From Lama glama (lineage: Eukaryota), in NCBI GenBank assembly GCA_028534125.1, contig CM052816.1, forward strand, positions 36,024,001 through 36,088,000: 64,000 nt of DNA, written 5' to 3'. Position 1 is the first letter of the stretch; each line of letters starts with the position of its first letter. Below, in pieces: positions 23,962 to 37,257 of this stretch. A program made the translations under genes and the position numbers. The notes under the pieces are model-generated. The model made no database searches. It was not told the DNA's origin and saw nothing but the letters and a program-made list of their open reading frames with translations.

Positions 23962-26900
23962 CGGCTCTGATTTTTGAAGCCACAGCAGGAAGACAGTTTA
24001 AGAAGCAAAAGTTATACTTACAAAACAGTTACAAAATGTTTTTTCCTGGAATGTTTTCTGCCTTATTCTATCCCTGCCCATCTCTAAATATACTAAACAT
24101 GATAAATTGATGAGCAAATTAAAAAAAAATAAACATAATGCATTTTACATTCTTATACTAATAAAATTTCAGACGGGAAATTCATGGTGGCTACTGAAAG
24201 TGTTAGTCTTTGCGTATTGCAGAATTGCCCTAAATTTTCACTTTCAACAGCTTAATAACTTCTGGAAGTTTTCTACTTCTAAATCTCGAGGTTTAAAAAT
24301 CACGAACATAGAATTGTAGTTGAAGTAGATAACCAGTCTAAGTAAAAGAAAGATTCTCTACATGAAGCTGAAGTCATTTTAATCTAAAATTGAAAGAAAG
24401 GGAAGATCACAAAGTAGGGCTTCAGATGATGAATTGAACTGACTTTAATGTAGCATTTTGGGTGATTAAATATTTATTCCTAATCTTTATTTAAAAAATA
24501 AAGCTACATTTTTATGTATTTTCATCAATATTTAGGTGAAAATAAGTAGAAACAGTTAAGGAAAGAGTTTCATTTATCTTCAATTTCTCATTGAATTTAA
24601 CCTAAACTGTTTAAAAATAACTACTAAAAAGTGGGTTATAGAATTTTATGACTTCAGTTTCCAGTCTTCAGAATTTCAGTGACAAGATAGGAATACATTT
24701 TTACTTTTAGAAAGCCTGAATATCAGCATTTGCTTTAGTTTGTACAAAGGCAATTGCAAAGTGACAGAAGGAAAATGTTCACGCTAATTATGAAGGGAAT
24801 TGCTGGCTTTGTTCATGTTGGAATCCCTTTCACGTTTGAAGAGTGAGTTAATGGTGATCTGCACTTATTCATCTGTGCGTCCACCTCTCACACACGCGCA
24901 CACACACCCCTCCATTGGCATTTTTGCCTGCAGGCTGCTGAGAGCTGATTATTCTTCTAATCAAAATCATCACAATCAAGGGAGACAATTAGTCAGGTTA
25001 GGCCTCTGCTGATTTCTGCGGTGGCCCTTAGCGTCAGATGGCCTTGCGCACTCTTGAATCATATCAACAAGTATTTCAGTAATACCTGCCCTGCTTCACC
25101 TGCTGCCGTTAGGGTCTGTCTGCCTTTCAGCTGTGGAATTGCTTGAGTTTGTGAGTTCTTGTTTTTTTTTAAATTGAGACCATAAGGTATTGAAATTTTC
25201 AAAAGTGGAAGCTTGGCAGCCCTCATTGCTGGTGCCATTTTGAAATTACCTAATCAAGAGCTCTAAAAATCATGAAATCAGTTACCTATAAATAGGTGTC
25301 TGTTCTTTTCTGCACTTACTATACACTTACGGAATTCAATTTAAAGAGTTTGATTCCTGTGTAAAACACACATATAGTGCACAAGACAGAGCCCCACATG
25401 TAATAGACCTACCATATTTTAAGCCTTACTTAAATCTGACATAAAACCCATTTGGCAATAATACACTTTCAAAATTTTCAAATGTCAATCTTGTTCTGAA
25501 TATAAGATTTATTTATAATAATAATCTGGTCATTGTCTGATTTTCCAGATACTAGAAGTTTTCTAGTCAAAAACTATGCCTGTTATCAACTCCTTTAATA
25601 TCTAATGTGTCTTAAATAACCTTCACATCCTTCTAGTTGGACATTTTGCCAATTTTAGAACAGTCTAGAATGTAACTATATGTTCTAGGGTTTTGTAGTC
25701 AAAAATACATCATTTATTTCAATCTCCAGATTAAATAGTATATTATCATTCACAAGTAAAGTATCTTTAGAATGAAGCCAGAAGATTAAATGGAGATGTA
25801 CTTAAAATGTTGTGGTGGCTTATTTTTCTTATACAAGGATGCAACGTTCATATATATTTTTTTTTAAAAAAAAGGAGAAAGAGAGAACCAGACAAGTGTT
25901 CCTTGTAATTATTTGAAGGCTTAAGGTGTTTTACTGAAATATTAATTTCATGTCTTTGAGTAAAGTCTTTGTGTGTGTGCATTTTAGTGTGTTTTTGAGT
26001 TTTCTAATGTAATTCCCCTGTAATTCTTACATTTAGTGGTGACACTAACAGAATATCAGTTAGAAAATGATTCTTTAAAAGTTTAATACGTAAGGAACAA
26101 TTTGTTTTATGTGAAGAGATTCTTCTTTCATAGTTCTGATCGTTTAATGAAAATAGATTGAAATTTTCCGAGCAAATGTCAGCTTCATACGTCCAGCATT
26201 TCTTAAATGGGACAAGGCTTGGGTAATTTATTTAATTTTCCTAGGCATTTATTCACTCATTCAAGCTTTCATTTATTTATTCATTAATTACTTCAGCATC
26301 ATTCATTCTCTCTCTATATAAAGAAATCTGTATGTATAGACATGTATTGAGAATATTTACTTTCCACTTCTCAAAACAGTGAATATCTCCAAGTGTATTT
26401 TCAAGGCTTTTTTTTTTCTGTTTCACAAAGTTTAGAAATATTTGTTGGGTCTGTCTGTTTAGGCGAGTCATATTTTTATCCTAGTTGCTGCAGTCTGTAG
26501 CTTGAACAATCTTGCATGTTTTTTTTCTCCCACTACACATATGCCGAGATAGCTAATACAAACCAATGTAGCTGATTTATCCAGTTGCGCTATGGGCAAT
26601 TAAACCAGGAGTATTATCTCAGCAGGAATAAGTGGGCAAATTACACATGTGAAGTAAATGGGTCTTTGAGGCTTGAGCACATAGGTATTACTGTATAAGA
26701 GGCTACGGTAAGATTCCTGTAGAGATCAATGGAGGTTTATTGATGAATGCCAGAGAATAGAGAAGTGATGTTATAAACTTTTAACAGTGTAATAAACTAC
26801 ATTTAAGGTTTTTCATCTTGCTGAGATCTACAGCTTCTATGCAGTAGAGGAGTGTTATCCTCTACGCATTGTCAAGAAAGCTCCACTTCCCAAGGGATTA

Positions 26901-28719
26901 ACCCCAAGGGATCAAATGCCAAGGCTATGCAGTTCTCGGTTACCTGCGGTTGTCTAAAGAAAATGGAAAGCCTCCAGATTCATTACCTTTGTTCTCTTAA
27001 GAAACGTGACGAATGATAAAGCATTGTGTCTTTTCAAATCTGGCTTATGAGTTGCAATATGTAAGCAAAACTCTCATATCCTCATTGGCTTGTGCGGTCT
27101 CTGGTTGACCTCAAGTATACTATATAATTTTAGAATTCTAAACACCCGCAGTGTCTCTTACAAAACAGAGTCCAGTTCATGTGAAATAATGAATACTTTG
27201 TTGGAAGATGTAGTAGATGAACCACATACATCCAGCACCCTGGCTTTCACCCCTCGCCCTCTAATTTTGCTCGATGTTTCATGTGTTTATCAATTATAAG
27301 TAAAATTTAAGGGGCAAAAGCAGAAAAGCATTTGAGTTACTGAGCAATACTTTTGGGCATCAGGCTCTCATGACTGTTAAGTATGAGTTATAGCTTTGAA
27401 CATGTTTAAAAACATAAAAGAGGAGAAAAGATTGAGTCAGCAAAACTAGTTTGGAAGAAGGAGAATGGCAGAAGGCATTTCATAATTCAAGGCTTGGGAC
27501 TTAATTTAAAGCAAGTCACAATTAGGCTGATAGCATCAGTTTTCTAGGAAGTGAAGATTTTGATGTCACCCAGAGAAGCGGATAACTTTGTCTTTGGAAT
27601 CCTGAACCCAAACGTACAAAGGTCCCAGGGTGTTCTAAAAGCCATTCTGTTTCATTGAATCAAAATGACCAAGAAACATTTTTGTTTGGCACATCCTGGC
27701 CCCTCTTATAAACCCCCCTCCTCCCTCTTAATGCTAAAGTTGAGGCATATAAAATATTTCAAGGCTTTCTGTCATGATTACCCCAAATTTATTGCCAAAA
27801 ATAACAGATCATTGGAAAGGACATGATTTGCCTCACCTTTGGGACCTGCCGGTCTATCTACCATGCATAACAACTGAACATTTATATCAGCATATCCTTC
27901 ATCAGCGAGCCAAAAGGGAAAGTTAGAGAAATAAAAGAAATGACCTCCATCTGCTTCACATATTGTCAACAGTTTTGGAGACAGACAAAAGTCTTGAATT
28001 ACCTCTGCACTTAAGGCACCTAATTACCTTCCGAAAGGCTTTGGAAGAGAAGAAGTTTTATCTGTCCAGAGAGGGTAATACAGATGTGATTTTTTTCCCC
28101 GTCGTTTTTAGTGGGAGGGAACAGGTGTAAAACGATTTTGATTAAGTGCACATTATGTATTTATATCCCTGTAACGGGGACGTTGGAACCGGGAGAGCTC
28201 CTCAAGGACTTTGGATGTTAAAGAGACCCTATGAAGCAGTTTAGAAGATACGTGGGGGGAAATTTCTAAGGGATGACCTCACTGATTTTCCTCTTCATCA
28301 CGCTTGCCATTTCCTCTTGTGCTGCTTCAGCCCTCGGTTGGGTTGAGAGCAGGTGGGGGAGGAAATGATGTGATAAACTGGAGCTGCAGCTTCTCTTGTA
28401 GCTTTTCATCACTGATGACATTTCTGTCTGGTCCCTAGTTCTGCCACTCTCCACGGGGAAGAGTGGACTCCTTTTCATGATTTTAGCCATATTTTGGTCC
28501 ATCCCCCTCTTCCATACCAGACACTAGACACTATTTCAACTTTGAGCGTTTGGTTAAAGCTGCTCCTCATGCCGCAGAAATGGATGTAATGAATGGAAAT
28601 CCAGGGGTGGAATGCTGGTGAAATCTTAGTGTCCTATGTCTTACTTAATTTCAGAAATAATTCAGTCACAGAATATGTGCTAACTCCTCTGCATGATCTC
28701 TGTGCTAACTGAAATAGCA

Positions 28720-28880
28720 TTGTAGAACCTTTAGAACTTTGAGTTTTTCATTTATTTATTTAAAAGGTGAACTACAGAGAGATTAAATGACTTGTGCAAT
28801 TCACACCATATTTAAGGCAGACACAGTATTTAAACCTAGTCTTTTAACGTCACATTGAGCATTCTTTCAGCCACTCCACA
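28720..28880 (-). mobile_element. MIR SINE
   Basis: cagagagattaaatgacttgtgcaattcacac...ggcagacacagtatttaaacctagtctt...ctttcagccactccaca. Confidence 0.65.
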
Positions 28881-29309
28881 TGAACTTTTAACACACGCAG
28901 TGCTTCTTGGGCAATGAAAAATAATGAACAAATGTTGAGGATTACTTTAACCCTCTTCTGATGTCTCTGCCTCTTTGTAACTTCTCTTATTCGTGTCTTT
29001 TTCTTTAATCTCACAAATGCCCTCCTTGAAGCTCCTCACACCGAGGCAGTCCTCAGAAGCTGAGGTGAAGAGTTCGTGTCCTACTCACGTTGTAGCTTCC
29101 ACATCACAAAGTATCTTGCACAAAGTAGGGCCTCTACAAATAGTGGCTGAATGGATGAGTAAGCAAATTGTTCATTGTCAGGTGTGGGGGAAGTAAGGAA
29201 TCCTCAGCTGAAGCCTCGGTGTCTGTGTGTCTTTGTTTGCCTGGCCTGTTGCAGCAGATGCCTGTGATCATCCTTCCCAGGCTTTCTCCCCACTCAGCCC
29301 GTCTTCTCT

Positions 29310-29826
29310 GACGAAGAGAAGGATTCCTTTAAATACGTATCCAGTCACATCCTGAGCCGTCTTAAAAATCTTAACTGGTTCTTCATCGCCTGCCCAACTC
29401 CTTTTTCAAAATAGTTTTCACCTCCCTCTGTAGCCTCATTTACCCTCTCAACAAGCTCCTTGCTTTCCAGTCTTAGGGTTTGTACCTGTCACTCTTGCCT
29501 GGAAAGCCCACTTCCTCCCCTCCTCTTGGAATAATTCAGTCCATCTTCCAACACCTGGCTCCTTTGCGAGGTCTTCCTGCACTCTTCCAAAGTCCGTTGC
29601 TGTTTCCTATTTTCCACAGCATTTGGTACAGATTTCTCTTCTAACATGTATCACATTTGATTGCAGTGATTTATTTGTGTGGCTGTTTCTCCCACTAGAT
29701 TGTCAGTTTCTCTGGGGCAGGAGTATGTCTTAGTTCATTTTTGTTCATCTGCCTTCAAGAACAGTGGCTGAGCCACAGGAGGCAGTCCGTATATGCTTGT
29801 GTCGAATGAATAAATGAATGAATGAA
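29310..29826 (+). mobile_element. L2 3' end
   Basis: tgcctggaaagccc...gtcttcctgcactc...ctcccactagattgtcagtttctctggggcagg...gaatgaataaatgaatgaatgaa terminal (TGAA)n tail. Confidence 0.85.
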
Positions 29827-30667
29827 CAAAGAGAGACAGGACATAAATATGTGAAAAGCCAATCAAATTAAGAAAGGATGGAAGTCCATCTAATATCATT
29901 GCTGAAGTGAAGGATAATTTTGAAGTCTAAGTGAAAATAGGCCTTTTTGTAGAGAATGTCATTTATTCTAATGAAATGTGATGACACTTGGTCCATAGAG
30001 CTGACCTCAACAGAATTGGGAAGGCTCAAGTATTTCTCTGGTATCTCACCCTACACCTCTGTCGTTCTGTCCAGTGCCCCTTTCCTGAGCTCGGTTCTCC
30101 CAACACAGTAAACTCTTCCTCATCAAAATTTACTCACTGTGTCCCATCATCTCTCAGGGTCTTAACTGTGCTAGGTGACAGGTATTAATGAGTCAGAGAA
30201 ATGAAAATCATGTTAATGCATTAGCTGGTGAGTATAATTTTCCTCCCAAAGTAATGCTTTATACATTTAAGAACTGAACTTCCCTCTTGGGGAGGTAGTT
30301 TTGTTTAAAGATGGCTTTTGTGTCCCAGAAAGCACACCACACAGGCAACAGGCCCATCCTTCCTGCATGTATTTTCACATCCAACGTACTTCCAAGTCAG
30401 AGTTGTCTTTGTGTGGACACAGTCCCGCCAAAGAGTCAGCAGTTCTCCCCAGCTCATTCTATAAGTTTCTTTTAGAAATCACGTTTCCTTATTTCATAAA
30501 CAAAAATTTATTGTACTTATACTCTGCCTCCTCAAGAGATGTTGCAATGACTATCAAAATTTTTCCTTTCTAAAAATCTTTGAGATGCTCAAGATATTTT
30601 TCAAAGTAGTAAAAGTCTTTGTCTGTCGTGGTCAGGTTATGTGAACAGTGTCAGTGTACATGGTCGT

Positions 30668-30925
30668 CTTACCTGTACTGTTTGTCAAGCACTGTCTAAT
30701 AAGCACATTACAGTCAGGCCTCATTTTCTCATTTAATTTTTTGTTTAATCCTAACACACGTCCTAGGAGTGAGGCATGACTATTATTCCAGTGTTGCAGA
30801 TGAGGAACCCGAGGTGTGGAGAGGGAGGGGAATTTGCCAAGGTTACTCAGTTAGTAGTAGCAGAGCCCCGACTGGAAGCTCAGCAGGTGCCTCGCTGTCC
30901 CTTTCTCTTGACCTCTTTGCTGTGC
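30668..30925 (-). mobile_element. MIR SINE
   Basis: tttaatcctaacac...tattattccagtgttgcagatgaggaacccgagg...ttgccaaggttactcagttagtagtagcagagc. Confidence 0.8.
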
Positions 30926-33900
30926 TGCCCGGCACCAGTGATAAGATAGTTGTCTCTTTTTAGTTATCGGTTGGGTGCCTGCAAAGTCTGGAAAGTGAAG
31001 ATCAAGCTGAAATATCTCTAATCAACTCTGATTTCCTCAATAACCACCAGACATTAGGAAACTTTACAAACCATATGTGCTGAAAAGGCCAGGTGCCACG
31101 GGGAGGATTGGAAATGAAATTTTCTCTCCCTTCTCATTTCCACTTTTTACGAGTGACACCTCCCCAGTGGGTCAGAAGATGCCTGTTAGTGTTTCTGGGC
31201 ATCTTGGACGATCTGCAGCCATCCTTAGAGAGGTCTGGGGGCTGAACTCCACGCCTGCCAGGTGTCCCTCTGCCCCTGTCGACATCCCTGCCTGAGCAGC
31301 TCTAGAATAACCAATAAGCTGAGAAGCCTCCTGTTCACAGAATCCACAACTTGACTCCGTTGTCAAATTCGTGCTGCCAGTAATCCTCCTGCAGGAGGAG
31401 GACAGCGGATTCTCCCTGGACTTTGACATTTCCCTTCTGCCTTTTTGGACAGAAGTAAATTAGTGAAGTGAAAACCACCAAGAAATAGTTACAAACCTTT
31501 CAATAAAGCACATAAGTGCTCTATACAAAATTGATTAAAATACTCTGTAGGGTTTAAAGTCATATCTCAAAAGAGCAAGTTTTGTACTTTACTGTCCTGG
31601 GATCACCAGCTTTTAGATCACTTCATACTTAAGTAAGGTTTTTTTTTAATCATTAGTCCCGAGACTAAAATGAAACTTGTTTACTTGAACATATAAACAG
31701 AAAGCACTTAGACTAATAAATATTGAAAACTATGTGACAATGTATATGTACACATACATTTTTTTTTCCCTCTAGAATGAAGCACTAACCAAAAGCATTA
31801 TTTGAGACTGGGAGCAAATAAATAGCAAACCAGGCTGAAAATTGTTCTCCTGGAGTTTAGCCCTTTTGCTAGTTTTCACAGTGAAGGTTATTTTACTTCC
31901 AAGTTTGACTGTCTTACCCAAGTGGATTTGGAAAGGGAGAGGTATTCCTGCCCTGCGTGTAGCAGCTGTGCTGACTGGTTTTATAATCTGTAATCTCAGA
32001 TTGCGCTTCTATTTTAATTTCAGCGTGCCTAAAGCACAGGATTCTTCTCAAGCGTTCCGACATGACTATTAAAAATCGAAAAGCGAGGTTCAGCCATTAA
32101 GTATTCTCATCTTCCCTGAGATTTTCTTTCTGATGTGATGAAGTGAAATACTTTTTCCTGTCACCCGTAATTTCTACTTACTCCACCATCTTGCTTATGC
32201 AAACTTTTAAATAGGCTGTAGATGGAAGAGCATATCAAAATCTGTAGTACACATTTTGTCTGGCTTTGCATTATTGTTAAGTCAGCGAGGATCTAATGGA
32301 GTGCGGGGGGGATGAGAAGACAAGATCCAATCAATAGACGCAAAAGGCAAATGAATTTGCATAAATTAGCACTCTAATAGGAAAAAATACATGCGGGTTC
32401 CCTTTCATCTTTCAGACGATACACATTATTGAAAGAGGTCTAACGGATACCACCCTGATTTATCTTTACCTTTTTTCAGGGGTGCAGAAAGTAGAAAATG
32501 CAAGGAACTTTGAGCACTGAGGTGATTTTTCTGAACCACTGAAATCAGATCAATGTATCAGATACAGTATGCAGACTCAGCACATTATGTCTGTGTGGAT
32601 GACACTACCCAGTGTTACTCAGAGATATCCAGAGGAAGGTTTGTTCCAAGACCAGAGTTTGTCTGGAGGAGCTAGTCTGATCCTGACATTCAGACATTTT
32701 CAGTGAACTCTGCCTTTACACCATATCCACGAAGGACATGGCAGGAGGAATTTGTGAGACGAAGAACGTCTTGGTGTCGAGGACCTGGGCAGTCACAGAT
32801 CATCTGCCCTGCAGCACCACCCAGTAAATGTCATTAACCATCACTACCTTGACTCTGTAAATTCTTGGGGAGTGACAGCAGTGTGCTCTGTTCCCCATTA
32901 TACTGGTTATCCTCTGCATTGGGGGGGCTGTGGTAGCTCTGGTACAAATGTCAGAGGGCAGCAAGTGTCTGCACTACAGCTTCTTTCTAGTCTGAACAGT
33001 TAGCGGTGCCTAGGAATTTTCTCTTTTTCCTATTCCATCCACCTCTTTGCTTCTGCCTATGGGAAAGGAGCTAGGTGTATAAAAGGCTGCCAAGAAACCT
33101 CAGGGCCTTTGCTAAAAGGCAGAAATCTCAGCCATGAATTTGCCATCTCACTTGGGCAACATTCAGTCCAGCACAGCGACCTGCCTGTTTGTGCTGCCGG
33201 TTGATTTAATATGAGCCAATGAGAAATACCCTGGTGCTTCTCCAAAGAGCTCGCTTACAAACAGGAAGAAGTGGATATCCTCTTTCATGATATTAGAGAA
33301 TACTCTGGTGTGACGTAGGCACTTTTTAATATATGTGTGAAATTTGTTGTCATTTACTTATTTATTTTTTACAGCACCTGGAGAACTTTTGCTTTTTGGG
33401 AAACCTTGTAGACATGCTATCTTAGGGAAAATACCATCTGTATTGTTGGAAGAGAAAGAAGAATTAACTTGGCAGTGTTGTTTTGCTCTCAATCCAGAAA
33501 ACCAAAAAGAGTTTTAAAAAAAAAGTGTCTGCTGAGTATCAGCATTTCTTATCTTTTTCTTTGCATATTTTAAAAATAGATCTTTCCTTAGGTCTCTTCC
33601 ATTATTGTTGTTAACTGTAATCAGTACTTTATGGTTATATTATATAGCTTTGTTTCATTAGGGCAATGAAAATGGTATTGAACAATAGCAATATAATGCA
33701 GGGAAACAGTTTGTAATTCAGCTGGAAATTGCTAATGCAGTAGATAGTCGATAATACAATCAGCTCGACTTTCCTAGGAAAACACAAGCTCAATTTCCTT
33801 TATTTTTCTCTCAAATTTTCTCATAGGGCGGGAGTGAGGGAAATGCTCTGAACAGCCCTGGAAAGCTGAATGCCCCTGGATAGAGAATTTCTTTATGCAC

Positions 33901-36900
33901 TGAATTTTGAGTGACATCCACAGGTCCAGAGAAGAGCTACTATTTAAGACTCAAATTCTCCCAGGAAATTTTTTTTTTTTGTAAGAGACTAAATAATTAA
34001 CAATCCTGAAAGGAAACAGCTGGGTGAGATGGTGCCTCAGAGTTCCTTCCACCAGCAGGGTTCTCTGTAGTCTTGATGCAGAAGTAGGGTTCTTGTGAAA
34101 TCATTATCGAATATCGGGTCCCAAGGGAAGACCGGGGGCCCTTTCTTTACAAGCCTGTATCAGGCATGCTGTGTGCACTGAGGACTTTATAGTTACTGTA
34201 GGTTAAGACTAGTAAACACGCATGATATCTAGGACTGCAAAGTCAAGCCGCATGGTGTCTTTAAGGACTGGTGAGTTAGGATTCTGTGAATCTTGACTCT
34301 AGTAATTTGGTTGTGGTTGTTGTTGGGTCAAAACCAATTGTAGAAAGTTTTATGTGAGGGGAGTTCAGGGATTCAATAGTATACATAAATACTTAGCTGC
34401 AAATAGAATGCTGAGAATTCCATTTTTAATTCAGTGAGTGCTTGGGGATGCTGGGTTGCAATTTACCATTAAGAAAAATGGGAGTGATGGGTCTCATTTT
34501 GAGTTGCCCTATAAATTTTTTCTAGTCATTAGAACCAACACAGTCTCCTCACATGTGATAAGAGTTTTTAAATGTCCTAATTGTCTAACAGAGAATAGCA
34601 GTTATTTCACATTTCTATAGACTTCCACACATTTCTGACATCTTCACAGCTATTAATTATATCTTGAAGCCACCACCCTGATTTTAAAAATAAACAAAGC
34701 TAAATGTAATACCCTGCCAGGAAGTGCTGCTGTGCGTAGGTAAGTTGATTGCTTCAGCTTTCATGCCAGGAACATGTATGTAAACTAAACCAAAAAAAAA
34801 AAAAAAACCACTTCCCATAGTTTCTGCTTTTCAGTTCATTCTCTACGGTGGGTTAGAACGGCTTGTGACTCCTTAGGATTCAAAACCCGGTCGAGGTGTG
34901 TGCAAGCTCCCACTCATGTGGCGAACACAGCTGCCAGTAAGATCAGAAGGAAAGGGGCTTCTGCAGCCTGGACACCCCCCGCCTTCCTCCGGCTCTGCAC
35001 GGAGCTCCGACGGGGCGTGTCCTCTTCGCCAGCCTCGCAGACGGTGCTTCCAGGCTGCCTGCCTGGCCAGCGCGTGTCACGTGTTGCTTCCTCTAGTCGT
35101 GCCCACGCAACCATAGTAACCGGCACATTTAGTTCAGTTAATGATCGGATCCATTGAAGCGTCCTTGGGTAGGCTTCGGCTGTTGTGAATCTTTTCTCAG
35201 CTGCAGTATGCCTGAGACAGGAAATCTGAGACTCTACCAAAGTGAATTTCCTGTTTACTTACACTTGTACTTCCCGGGGATAGGGTGAAAGGTGTATTTT
35301 GTATTTGGCAGAATGGGAAAAAATCCAAGCTCCCTTTAGAATACCAAATGGCTTATGATTTTAACTAAGTACTTGGCCTGGGCAGAGTAGGTGCCCAGAT
35401 GTTGAATTAAAACATCAGTAAATGAAATTGTCATATTTTGTGAATAAATTGATCAGTGTGATACAGCCACATTTATGTGTAGACTAGATACAGATTCTGT
35501 GCTAAGTTCCAGGCTCATTTGGGCTCATCAGGCTCCCATAGGTTTCATACACGCCGGCTCCTCGACATTGAGTTTATAACTCAGTGTTAGCTCACAGTCT
35601 CCCTCTCTCGAACTTGAACAGTTGGAATGGACATGAAACGTTCCTGTGCATGTGGAAGGAACTTCGGGATTGGGGATTGTATGACTGAGTGCTGAGGAAA
35701 GCCAGTTGTGACCCTGTCCTCTCAAGGCTCAGGGTGCTGAGTTGTCACCCAGCCTGGAGGGCCTGTTATCTCGCTCTCATTTCATCATCTTTGTGCCCTG
35801 GCCTTAACCAGCCCCCAGAAATCTCCAGTGCCCGCAAGTGGCTCATGCAGAGCTTGTCTCGGGACCAAAAATTCTGAAAGTTCAAGAGGAGGGTCATGTG
35901 TGTTTGCTTTGAACTTCAGCTCTTTTCCAGGGTAGACATTCTGAAAGTAGAGCTTACTAAAATGAAAGGAGAAGGGGGGAAGCGCAACTCTGTTCTCTGT
36001 CACTGAGACAGACAAGCATTTAAGTAGGCAGAGAGATTATAGCACTTGAGAATCCCCTAAAGTGCTTGGATTTATTCCTGAGAAATAAATGGTGAATTGT
36101 TTATTTCTTTCTCCCCCTTATGCTTCCTTGGGATGGAGCAATTAGTTTCTTATTTTTTATGATTGCATTATTCTTGCATATATCTTTCTGTGGTCCAGGC
36201 TATAAAAGTAAATAGAGGATCCAGCTGTATGAATGAATATCCTTTTAATGAGTGTGGGGAGGAAATAATAATACTAAGTAGTGCAAAACCATTTTTATGT
36301 GATGAACCCAAGTACCTTTGCTCCCGACTCTCCAGTCTTGAACCACAGGCCACCAGTAAATGTGTGCATAAAATGACACTTTTATGGATTCTGGTGTTAA
36401 CGAGGGTACCTCGCGGTCTGTTTTGTCCCCAGAATGCACTTAATCTGGTTTTTGAAAGGCGGTGGCATATTCTGTTTTAATTTCCAGGGTCAAGGAAGGG
36501 TAGAATGGAGTGTGTGACTTTTCTGTAACACCCTTCATTCTGTCTCTGGGCGAAAGCCTTGCTGAAACAGTGAGATAACCAGTTGCTGGGCGATAATACA
36601 GTCATTTTCGTGGTGCCATGCGTTAATCTCAGAGATGGAGCAACCCTTACTTAGGAATACACTGTGCCTTCTCCCCTCAGAGCAGCCACTTGCCTGGAAC
36701 AGCAGACGGGTATTGAGGGTCTCCCCTGCAGGGGCTCGTTTGTAGAGGTGCCGGTAGTGACTCAGCTCCTCTCTCTTCCCTCCCTCTCTCCTTTCCCTCC
36801 TGGCATTGCTGCCTTGTTGTTGTTTGGTAATTCTTTGTATCTCTGAAGTCCCTGGCAGTGATGTAATTCAGTAGCACCTAGCCCCAACTCTACCATTAAT

Positions 36901-36912
36901 TAACTTCTAGAT

Positions 36913-37257
36913 TGTATTAGTCTGCTCAGACTGCCGTGACAAAATAACATAGGCTTGTTGGCTTAAGCAACAGAAAATTATTTTCTCACAATTCTGGAAG
37001 CTAGAAGTCCCAGCCCAAGGTTCAGCAGGGTCAGTTCCTGGTGAGAGCTCTCTTCCTGGCTTGCAGAGGCATGTGAAGGGAGAGAAGGGAGAGGGCACAC
37101 TTCCTGGTGTCTCTTCCTTGAAGAACACTAATCCTATTGGATCAGGGCCATACCCTTATGACCTCATTTAACTTTAATTCCATATCTATCTTCCAACACC
37201 ATCACACTGGGGGTTGGGGCATCAGCATATGAATTGAGGGGCAAACAGTCTGTATCA
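36913..37257 (-). mobile_element. ERVL-MaLR solo LTR (MLT1A-like), antisense to EFNA5
   Basis: tgtattagtctgctcagactgcc...ggcttaagcaacagaaaattattttctcacaattctggaagctagaagtc...cccttatgacctcatttaac...atcacactgggggtt...catatgaatt; TG...CA termini. Confidence 0.88.

Noticed and set aside
26889..26924. CCCAAGGGAT repeated at ~14-bp period
   Set aside because: Only two and a half short copies; ordinary micro-duplication, not an array.
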